A DNA stretch of 64,000 bases from Felis catus (lineage: Eukaryota), in NCBI RefSeq assembly GCF_018350175.1, contig NC_058382.1:8184001-8248000 (forward strand), in the 5' to 3' direction. Positions 37,112 through 47,600 of this stretch are shown here, one piece after another. The first letter of the stretch is position 1, and each line of letters begins with the position of its first letter. The translations under genes and the position numbers were made by a program. The notes under the pieces are model-generated. The model had not been told where the DNA came from, ran no database searches, and saw only the letters and a list, made by a program, of their open reading frames with translations.

Positions 37112-40100
37112 TCAGTCCAGGGGTAAGTTCAAGTCCACAGGTGAAATGGCCAGGATGCCCTCCTGGAGGGGAAAAGTGGAAGAACCCGTGAGCATTCACG
37201 CGAAGAGCCTGCCCTCCATTCACCATGGCATCTACGTCAGCCCAGCGGGAGCAGAGACAGGGAAGGCAAGGAACCAGATAGGGCGGGTGGACAGGGATCC
37301 AAAGAAAGGATCAGAGACCCCTGGGTGGATGGGGACGGAGTCCTAGAAAAAGGGAAGGAAAACAAAGCCCCAGGGTGGAGAGTAGACAGAGAGACAGGGA
37401 ACAGAGACTCAGAGAAGGGGAACAGTCCTGGGGTTTTAACAATTAAGAGCCTTGGCTTTGTGTCAAAGTCCTAATTCCCATCCTCTGCATGAGGGACTTT
37501 CCCTGAGTCTCCATAAAAGCAGGAAAAAATCCAAATCCCATGAGGTGGTTGTGGGGATTAAGTGGAATCATTCCACTAAAGTCCTTGGCGGTGCACGCGG
37601 CCAAAAAATAAAAACAATTTCGCATAACAAACAAGCTTCGGCACCGAGCTCTAGACACAGGTATCCACTGTCCCCTCCACCCTCATCTCCTCCCTGAGCC
37701 AGCTCAGTCACCTACCTCCTCCGAATTCCCTAGAACTCCCTACTTCCGGCTCGCCCTCTACAGTATTCCCCCAGGCGGCCGCCAGAGGGCGCAGGTTAAC
37801 ACCTAAGTGAGCTCGCGTCCCTCTGCCCGGAGGGCTCTAGGGGGCCCCAAGCTCACAAGGCCCCCGCAGGATCTGGTCGCCCCTTCTGTTGTCATCCCTT
37901 CGCTCACCCTCCTGAAGCGCTACTGGCCTCCTCTCTCTACTGGCTCCTCAAACACATCTGGCCAGCTCCTGCCACTCTGTGAGGCAATGGTTACATTCTG
38001 AGAGCAGGGCACACACACATCGTTCTGTCACTGAATCCCCACAGCCAAGAGGTAGGTAAGTGAACGGTGCCCGTTGGGCAGGGGCGGGGGGGGGGAGACT
38101 GATGCTCAGGTAGCTGGGGACAGTTGCCAAGGTCACACTGCCAGTACACTGGAGCCCAATCCAGCTCTGAGCCTGACACTGGATTTAAAGCAGTGAGTAA
38201 GGTTGCTAAGATTCCCGGGTCTTGTGAAGCTGATACGTCAGGGGCAAGAGAAAACAACAAATAAAAGGAAATAATAAGTCAAACAAGTGACTTCTGCCAT
38301 CTGGAAGCAGCTGTCCTATAGAAGGAGGTAAAGCAACACAGAAGGAAAGGAAGTGGGTGGGAGGGTATGGAGGTGGCCACAGCTTTAAATGAGGACCCAG
38401 GGAGGCCTCACTGCGGGGAACCCCCGAAGGGAGCAGAGGAAACGAGGCAGGGGACTATCCAGGCAAGTGCATTCTGGCAGGCAGTGTCAGAGAAGCAGTC
38501 ACCAGGTAATCAAGCAAATGCCTACAGGGTGCCAAAGATGATCCCATTTTAGTCTTGACGATAACCCTCTGGGACAGGTGCTTCTACTCTCCCCGTTTGA
38601 CAGATGAGGAAACCAAGGCCCAGGAAGGGGCCTTACTTGCTTCCCACTCATAACTGTTAACGTTTGCCAGCATGGTTTAAGCTAGGCATGGGGTCTGCAC
38701 GGATCACCTACTACTGGTGTACAGAAGGCGCGCAATGGACACAGAACGGATGAATAGTAAGGGCTCCGAGAACACGCGTGAGGTCTGAAAAGAAGGCGAA
38801 GAAGCCACCCCCCTACCACACAGACACAAGTTACAAGTGGGTAAAGGGAGGCCAAGAGAAGNNNNNNNNNNNNNNNNNNNNNNNNNNNNNNNNNNNNNNN
38901 NNNNNNNNNNNNNNNNNNNNNNNNNNNNNNNNNNNNNNNNNNNNNNNNNNNNNNNNNNNNNNNNNNNNNNNNNNNNNNNNNNNNNNNNNNNNNNNNNNNN
39001 NNNNNNNNNNNNNNNNNNNNNNNNNCCCAGGGCAGGGCAAGGAGGGGCGTGCGCGACCGGGCAGAGGGCTGCTCTCCCGGCAGGAGAATAGCTCCACTAG
39101 GCGGGCGAAGGAGCCCGCGGAGAGGCGGGCCAGCTTTCCGCGCAGGGCGGGGTCCAAGGCCAGCTGTGGGGTGGGGAAGAGAAGAGGCCGGGTCTGCCTC
39201 GGTTGTGCCCCCGTGGCCAGCCAATAGGAGGATAGGAGGCGTGGCTTCTTGAAACGAGTGCGTTTGCTACTAATAATGTGAGCCACGCCCCATCCATCAC
39301 ACCAGCCAATCATAAACCAGCCTCTGATCTCTGCCAAACCACTCCTAGGAAAGTGGACGAGAAGTTAAGGCAAGGCCTGGACAGCCAATGAGGGCCAAGC
39401 CCCTCTTAGCCGAGTTCTAGAATGTTAATCTTATAGCCACGCCCCCTTAGGGGTTCCCTGAGAGCACCTGAGGCCAGGCTAGTGCCTGCAACCTTGCCTT
39501 CCACCATACAATATTACAGGATTATGCACTGCCCAAGTGCCTGAGCCAATCAAGGTCCGTGACAGTCATAAGCCAGACCTCCTCCGCAGTCATTTCCCTT
39601 CACATTCTAAGTCATGCCCCTCTACAGTTAACAAGGGCTTCAGATTTTTTAAGTTTTATTTTTAAGTAGTCTCTACACCCAAAATGCGGCTCAAACTCAC
39701 AATCCCGAGATCAAGAGACGCATGCTCTTCCGACTGAGCCAGTCAGGCGCCCCCAGGGTTTCAGATTTCAGACAGCCCTCTCCAAACCAACCCCCCCTCC
39801 CACCACCATACAGTCCCTAACTCCTTAACTGGTCTCAGTCAGTTTCAGAGATCTAGTTTGGAATGGCCACACCTCTTCTCTCTAGGCCACGCCCCTCTGG
39901 CGATGAATGCAAACCAGTTTAAAACACTATCCTGACCCTAACTAACTGTCGCTCAACACGTAGTGGAGAAACTTAGCACGTCTGACTCCATATTGCTTCT
40001 ATTTCCCTTACTGCTGTGACCTTTAATTTAGAAACTTCTGCTTAGCCCTGCACGTAGGCACGTTGCAGCTAAGATTTGCAAAGACCATATTTTACCTGAA

Positions 40101-42648
40101 ATCTGCCTCACCATAGGAGATAAGGAAGGTACCTATAGGGGTCCCTGGGTAGCTCAGTCAGTTAAGCATCTGACTCTTGATTTTGGCTCAGGTCATGATC
40201 TCACAGTTCATGGGTTCGAGCCCCGTGTNNNNNNNNNNNNNNNNNNNNNNNNNNNNNNNNNNNNNNNNNNNNNNNNNNNNNNNNNNNNNNNNNNNNNNNN
40301 NNNNNNNNNNNNNNNNNNNNNNNNNNNNNNNNNNNNNNNNNNNNNNNNNNNNNNNNNNNNNNTTTTTTAACATTTATTCGATTTTGAGAAAGAGAGACAG
40401 AGCATGAGTAGGGGAGGGGCAGAGAGAGAGGGGAACACAGAATCCGAAGCAGGCTCCAGGCTCTACGCTGTCAGCACACAGCCCGACGTGGGGCTCAAAC
40501 TCACGAACTGTGAAATCATGACCTGATTTAACCAACTGACCCACCCAGGCACCCTCAACTTTTTTTCAAAAGGAAGGTACCTACAGAAATGACCATGCTA
40601 TGTATGAGATTTACAGGAATGACATGACCAGTTTCCTGTACACAAAGATCAACTGACCAAGGACAAAAAACAGTTACACAACCTCCCTCCGTTATCTACA
40701 GATGTCAGTCACCCTTTGACTCCCAACCCCCTCCTGCTTCCCCCCCCAATCCCAACATAAAAGAGGCCCAATCTCATGCTGAGGGAGATTGCTGTTTGGG
40801 TGGGTAGTCTGCCCGGTTTGCTCCTTTTCCAAATAAAGTCACTTTCCTTACCCCATATCTTGCCTCTCGACTTACTGGCCTGTGGTGCTGTGAGCAGAAT
40901 GAGTGTGGACTTGATTGCAAACCCTACACTGAAGGCTAGTCCCACCCTCTCCTCACTTGACCATCTAAAGAGAATACAGATCCAGCTTTGGATCCCAGGG
41001 CCCAACCATCCCGCGATTCCTATCTTAGCTAAGGGTGGAAGAGACCGCCCATCACCTTCTGGTTGATGACGTCTGCCTCTTCCTCCAGCAGGGCCACCAG
41101 CTTCCGCAGCAGGGCTTCCTTCTCTGTGGGTGGGGGACCCTGTAACTCTGGGGGGACAGAAGAGAATTCGGCTGGGAGCAGAACTCTGCCAACCCTTCCA
41201 CCCTCCTCCTTCTCCAGGGCCCCTGTGTACCTCACCTGGGCTAGGTGGGGATCTCAGTTGCTCTTGGACCAGCTGTTCTAGCCGCTGGGCCACCAGAGCA
41301 TAGAAATCCGGAGTAGCTGGGCCTGGGGTGAAAAGAGCCAATGATGGATCTCTGGGACATGGGGAAGTTATGGATTCTCTCCGTGTCCCCACCGCCTTGC
41401 CAGGTAGCAACGATTTCCATTCCACAATGGGGTAAACTGAGGCCCAGTGAGCACACTTGGCAAAAGACCTTTGTACTTTCCATTTTATGGTGTCCCCCCC
41501 CCCCAACTGGACTGAGAATGTTAGAGCTGAACTAGACTTTGAAGATTATCCCAACCAAGGAAAGCAAACACAGGGTGCTCCAGCTATTATCACTCTAGCC
41601 CTTGCTGGTTTCAAGTGTCATCAGCTGGTCACAGGACTCTTCTCCCCAGCTGCGAAATCCTTTTCAAGCTAGCTCTCCCAGTAGCCATTACTAGTCTAAC
41701 CAGGCTCACATACGAGAGGAAAGAAACCTTCTGGTTACTCTTGATCAAGTCCAATGACACCTCCCCCCACTCCCCTCATTCCTACTTTGCTAGTGGAGAA
41801 AAATAGAAGCAAGGAAGAAAAGGAATTTCTCAGAGACCTGTAACTAAATATCCAGGGAATTGTGTTTGAATGCCAGGTCTCCTGCCTCCCTACTGGGGAT
41901 ACTGGTGGGCTACAAAGTCCTAGGGAGAGGGAAGCATGCATGGAAGGAGAGAGATAACAGATAGAAAGGGACCAAAAGTTCTCCTGAAGCCAGCTCACAG
42001 AATGGACAGACAGCAATGTAACTGGGGGCAGGGGGAGCACAGAATGGTGAGGGTAGTCCCCACTCAGCTCCCCCTCTGAGCTGAGTGATCTTGGACTAGC
42101 TCATCTTTTCCATGCTTTCCAGCTTTAAGAATCAAAGCTCCTGGCCCTGCCAGTTCATGGATGATCTAAGGAAAATCTCTTACCAGGTTCTGAAACATAG
42201 CATGGGCGGAGGGGCAGGGAGCAAGGCCGAGGGGACTCAGGGGGAACTGCTCCTCGCCCCAGGGGGCAGGGAAGACATCTTCGAAGACGGCTCAGGAAAT
42301 CTGTTGGCTCCTCCTGGGCAGGACTCCTGGGGAAGGGGACCTCAGAGAGTGACCCTGGAGGCTCCTTGCAAGCAGTCCCTTTTTCCTCCCACTGAAGGCC
42401 TCTCACTGCAACCCCAGGGACAAGAAATAGAGCCAGATATAAAGAGAGGGGAGTGCAGGCAGGCTGAGACCAGGCGCAAGAGTCAGAGGGGGCCCCCGCC
42501 CCAAATGCAGGCCCCTGAGGGAGGAGGGCAGCTCCTCTTACCTGGGTGGGGTTGGAATGGGGGACCCGGCGGCCTCACCTCGCCTAAAGAAGGCCGCTAG
42601 GACTCTCAGCGTGTCCTCCCGGAGCCCCAGCTCTTCCGAGCCTGCCAT
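37112..42648 (-). CDS. BCL2L12: Bcl-2-like protein 12 (about 250 aa; exon 6 partly in an N-gap)
   Basis: Coding exons 42542-42648 (MAGSEELGLREDTLRVLAAF), 42184-42326, 41236-41322, 41056-41147, 39163 running into gap 38862-39025 (LALDPALRGKLARLS...), and 37112-37162 (EGILAISPVDLNLPLD*). The upstream exon ends at donor 43298. ATTAAA signal at 36959-36964. Confidence 0.95.
37777..37792 (+). promoter_or_regulatory. Strong CTCF consensus site in the last BCL2L12 intron
   Basis: GGCCGCCAGAGGGCGC matches the CTCF core CC(A/G)CCAG(G/A)GGGCGC. Confidence 0.65.
39959..40918 (+). mobile_element. Probable ERV solo LTR in BCL2L12 intron 5 (antisense), split by nested CAN-SINEs (40138-40565)
   Basis: U3-R-U5 layout: CATAAAAG at about 40756, AATAAA at about 40832, terminal ...TTGCA. 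The SINE block is flanked by TSD aaggaaggtaccta. Confidence 0.6.
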
Positions 42649-42669
42649 GGGGGCACCTGTGAAAGAGGG

Positions 42670-43045
42670 AGCTGGGGGATGGACTCCAGGGTTGCACTGC
42701 ATTGGAGGATTGGGGCCCAAACGCCTAATCCCTGAATAAGGAGAGGATCAGGACTCGTGAGTCCCCAAGGGAGGAAGGGGCCGAGAGTCCGAATTTCTAA
42801 GTCCTTTAGGGGAGTTAGGGCCTGGGGACCCAGATTCTTGAGTCCTCGGAGAGAGAAAAGGGATGAGGAGGAAGACTCCTTGATGCTTGGAGAGGAAGAG
42901 GCTGGGGACCCGGATTCGTGGGTCTAAGGGAGGAAGGGACTGGGAGCTGGACTCTTGAGTTTTCGGAGAAGGGGGATGGGGAATCTGGATTCTTCAGTCT
43001 GAGAGAGACGAGAACTTGGGGCTCCGACTTCTGGGTTCTGAAGGC
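42670..43045 (+). repeat. Degenerate minisatellite of about 37-40 bp period (MSR1-like) in BCL2L12 intron 1
   Basis: About 9 units resembling GGACTCCTGGGTCTGAGGGAGGAGGGGCTGGGG, e.g. ggattcgtgggtctaagggaggaagggactgggagct. Confidence 0.65.
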
Positions 43046-43079
43046 AGATACCAAGCTTCTCAAGCCTTTAGAGAATCGG

Positions 43080-43800
43080 GAACTACGAATCCCAGCAGGC
43101 TTCATGGCAAACCTTCCCCTCGTTCCGCGCTAGCTCGCCGCGCAGCCGGCCTGGGAAGTGTAGTTCCACTATCTGACTGAGGCTGGCATCTTGGGGACCC
43201 GGGACGCGTGGATGTCGGGGAAGCGGGACTGAGGTGCCCGCTCCTAGATCCCGGCCTCTCCCCTCCTCACCCCAGCCCCCGCGAACGTCCGGCTTACCTG
43301 GTGCCGGGAGCCACCTCCCCCTCCTCCTTCAGTGGACTTGCGTAAACTTTTAGAAGTTCAACTTTCCCGCGCCTGCGCAGTGGGTCGGGTTGGCGCCGGC
43401 CCTGTCGCCCAAGGGGCGGTGCGCGGGATGCCCACCTAATTTGCATGTGACGTTCCCAGCATTCCCTTGGCCGGAAGACCTTAAAAGGTATGGTTGGGAA
43501 GGGGGGGGGGGGGGGGAACGTCCGGGCTCTTGGTGCCGCCTCTGGCTCAGGAGTCTGTCAACCATCTGAAGGTAAAGTTTTTATTTCGTGAAATCGATAC
43601 AAAAAGAAAGGGCCACTGCTCTGAAGCTCAGCTGACGAGAAGGAGGGTGTGCAGCTGCAAGTTCGAGAGCTATCGGACCCCAAAAGCAGGGGTGGGTCCT
43701 AGCACTCTGCGCGCCGAGACCCTCTGCGTAGGTAGCAGGGCGGGGGGGGGGGGCGGGGGGGGGGCGGGTAGCTGGGGAATTGGTGACGTCCGGAGTGAGA
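43080..43800. promoter_or_regulatory. Bidirectional CpG-island promoter shared by BCL2L12 (-) and IRF3 (+)
   Basis: Head-to-head first exons; octamer ATTTGCAT at 43439-43446 next to a TGACG half-CRE; ETS-like CCGGAAG at about 43471; ZNF143-type motifs at about 43082 and 43153-43165; G-runs. Confidence 0.85.
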
Positions 43801-44054
43801 AATGGGTGAAAGGATGGGTCTACCCTGATAGCACAGAGGGGCGCTGTGTACTCCAGGGAAAGTGAAGCAAAGAGGAGAAAAAGTGAAGCAACCCGGTGCT
43901 GGAGGTCGGCTGTAAAAACAAAACAAAACAAAACAAACAAAGAAAAGAAAAGAAAAAAGTAGCGGGGCGCGAGGAGGTTGCGGAGATCGGAGGCGTCTGC
44001 ACTAGGGGATGAAAGGAAGAGTGGACCCTGAAAATGAAGGCAGTCCACTCTATG

Positions 44055-44056
<2 letters not shown>

Positions 44057-44108
<52 letters not shown>
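44057..44108 (+). repeat. (GT)n microsatellite in IRF3 intron 1
   Basis: About 26 uninterrupted GT units. Confidence 0.95.
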
Positions 44109-44109
<1 letters not shown>

Positions 44110-44621
44110 GGGGGGGGTGCCCTAGAGGAGGGAGGCTGTTGGGGGGGGGATGTGGATGGAGGATCTACGATGGAAATGGGGGAGGGGCTCTTCTGTGGGG
44201 GAATTGTAGGAGGGGTCAACAACAGGGATAAATACGGGAGGTAGAGATCTACAAGTGAATAGCGTCTGCACTGAAATAACTAGGGGAGGCTCTACCTTGG
44301 AAGTGGAGGTGACTGCGTTGGGTGATGTGGGGGAGGGGAGAGGAGAAAAGGGTTTATAACGGAAGAGGGAAGGTTCTACGCTGGCGGAATTGAGGAGGTA
44401 GAGGGCCCGGACAGAAGCAGCTAGAGAAAGGAGGGGGGGGGTGTCTCGAATTGGGGAGCCTCTCCGGAGGATGAAAAAGAAGGGCTCTTATGTTGTACCC
44501 AGGAAAATATACGTGAGGGACCCTGCACCGCGGTCCCGTGAGAGAGAGAGGTCTGGGTGTGGCACCCTCAGGCCACATGGGCCCCCAGCCCACGAACTGC
44601 TCTCTAAGCGCAGGCCGAACC

Positions 44622-47600
44622 ATGGGTACCCAAAAGCCGCGGATCCTGCCCTGGCTGAAGTTGCAGCTGGACTTGGGGCGGCTGGAGGGGGTGGCCTGGC
44701 TGGACGAGAGTCGCACGCGCTTCCGCATCCCGTGGAAGCACGGCTTGCGCCAGGATGCCCAGCAGGAGGACTTCGGCATCTTCCAGGTGAGTGAGCTTCC
44801 CGGACGCCCGAAACCCTGAGCTGCCAGCCAGGCGGGATGGACTCCCAGGGGGTGGAGCCGGGAAAGCGGGGTTAGCACGCCTGTGATCGGCCCGAGCTGA
44901 CGCTGGCAGTTGGAGGTGGGTGGAGTTAGGACAGGACCCGGCCGGGTTATCGGTGCCGGGGTTATCGCAGGCAATGTTGGAGCGGCCAGTTTCCGGGAAA
45001 AGAACCGGAAAAGCGGGGTAATTTCTCGAAGGAAATGCATCCTGGGGGATTCAGAGCTCGCAGAGGGCGGGGGGCTTGGTCATAGAATTCTGGGGGCGGG
45101 GCTTGGAACCTTAGAGGCGAGACTTGGCCCCCAAGCTGAGGTGATGCCCCACCAAGTTAGAATATACCAGTGGTGCGGTACCCCGGGTTAGAGTGTGAGG
45201 GGGCGGGGTTATTACAGGGTATCCTGGGGCAGGTTGGTGGCAGAGTTAGACACCCAGTAGGACTGGAAGTTTGGCTTAGAAAGCAAAGGTTTTCAAGGCG
45301 CCTGAGTGGCTCAGTGGGTTGAGCATCAGACTTCAGCTCAGGTCATGATCTCGAGGTTGGGGAGTTCGAGCCTCACATTGGGCTTACTGCTGTCAGCACA
45401 CAGCCTGCTCTCCCCTTCCGGGTTTACACTGTCTCTCAAAAAACAAAACAAAAAAGTAAAACATTAAAAATTAAAAAAAAAAAAAAAAAAGAAAGAAAGC
45501 AAAGGTTTTCAAGAAGTGAAGATAGGGGACCTTGGGGTGCAGAGAATCCAAGGGTTTAGGGATGGAACCTTGCCAGGTTAGAACGTGCCAGGTTAGAACG
45601 TTGGGGCAGGGGGTCTTAGTCACCCTCACCATCCTGGTCAACTGGATCCCCAGGCCTGGGCCGAGGCCAGCGGCGCCTACACTCCTGGAAAGGATAAACC
45701 TGATCTGCCCACCTGGAAGAGGAATTTCCGATCGGCCCTGAACCGGAAGGAGGTGTTGCGTTTAGCCGAGGACCGGAGCAAGGACCCCCACGACCCCCAC
45801 AAGGTCTATGAGTTTGTGAACTCAGGTGTGCCAGAAGTGGGGCTTCACGTGGAGGGGTGGGATTTTGAGTGTCCCCGACACCCTTCTCCACTTACCACCT
45901 TCCTTGACAGGAGCTGGGGACTTTCCTGAGTTGGACACCTCTCCAGATGCCAATAGCAGATGCAGTCCCTCTGACACCCAGGTCAGAACGCATCCCGACC
46001 CTCCTGCCCTCCTGGCTCTGGCCCGTCTTTCTCTCTGTCCCCATGGCCTTGTTCAGGCTTCCTTTTCTCCCCCTGGACCTTCGCCTCCGTCTTCCTCCTG
46101 AGCCTCCCTTCTCTCCCCTGCGGTCCAGCCCCAAACTGAGCTAAAGCTGACCCTGTCCCTCCCCTGCTCATAGCCCTGCCATGGTTTCCTGGCATCCTCA
46201 GGAGAAAATCCGTTTTCACCAGGCATTTAAGGCCCTAATATACCTTCCCAGAGTTTCATAGCTTCCCTTGCTATTTAGGGTACCCTCAGCCTCCCGGGAA
46301 CCCAGAACCACCCTCCCCTTGGTCTTGCTGATGTCTGCGTTGGGGCAGGTCCCCCTCTGAAGTCATGTCCAGCCTTCTCTGCCCAGGTCTCGCTGGCACA
46401 GGGCCAGATCCTGGGGCCAGATTTAGCCACTCCCCTTGGGCCGGCAGTAGACCCAGCATATAGCAGAGCATGTATTTTGCCATTCTGTGCCCACGGTGGT
46501 CTCCCACCCCCACCCCCAGCTGGAAGCCCCTTGAGGGCAAAGCTCAGCTGGGACTCCTCTCTGGGTCCCTACACTGCTGGGCACAAAGGCCTGGTCTATA
46601 CGGCGTCTCCAGAAAAGGCTGTGGAAATGCCTGGGTGCTTTTCTTTTTTTCCTTCTCTCCAGGAAGACATACTGGAGGAGTTACTGAGTGACATGGCCTT
46701 GGCCCCATTCCCAGGTGGGGGGCCCTCGAGCCTGCCTGTGGTCCCTGAGGAGACCCCTCCATTCTTGCTGAGCCCCAGCGTAGACATCCCTGCCCCCTGC
46801 CCAAACCTGCAGCCCCCGGAAAATCCACTGAGGCGGCTGTTGGTGCCCGAGGAAGGTGAGCGCCGACTGTAGGGTGGGAGGGGCTGGGGCGATGGACCCC
46901 CTTATGCTCACTCAATCCCCCTCCCCCTTCATGTCGCTGCTGCCGCTGCTCAGAGTGGGAGTTCGAGCTGACTGCCTTCTACCGGGGCCGCCAAGTCTTC
47001 CAGCAGACTGCCCTCTGCCCGGGAGGCCTGCGGCTGGTGGCGTCAGATGCAGACCAGACGCTGCCTGGACAGCCAATAATCCTGCCAGACCCCGGGGTGT
47101 CGCTGACGGACAGGGGCGTGATGGGCTACGTGAGGCGTGTGCTGAGCTGCCTCGGTGGGGGGCTAGCTCTGTGGAGGGCGGGACAGCGGCTCTGCGCCCG
47201 GCGGCTGGGGCACTGTCACACGTACTGGGCCTTGGGCGAGGAGCTCCTCCCTGACAGTGGCCACGGGCCCAGCGGCGAGGTCCCCAAGGATGAGGAAGGA
47301 GACGTGTTCGACCTGAAGCCCTTCGTGGCAGGTGAGTGAGGCAGGGCCTTAGCTCTGCTGTGGAAAGAGCGTACCCCAATGGTTCAGAACTCTGACGTCC
47401 GGAATGGAATTCAGAGGACTGAACTTCGGCCTGGGGCAAAAAGACTGGATTGCTCTGAGTCTGTCGGAGATGGGTCTCCTCTGCCTGGAGCCGGTAGGCG
47501 GCCAGGGGTGCGGTGTGCGGAAGTGCTCAAGGAATTACCTGCCACAGTCATCACGATCACCAGTTATTACCACTTACCAGGATAGGGGGCCAGAGAGATG

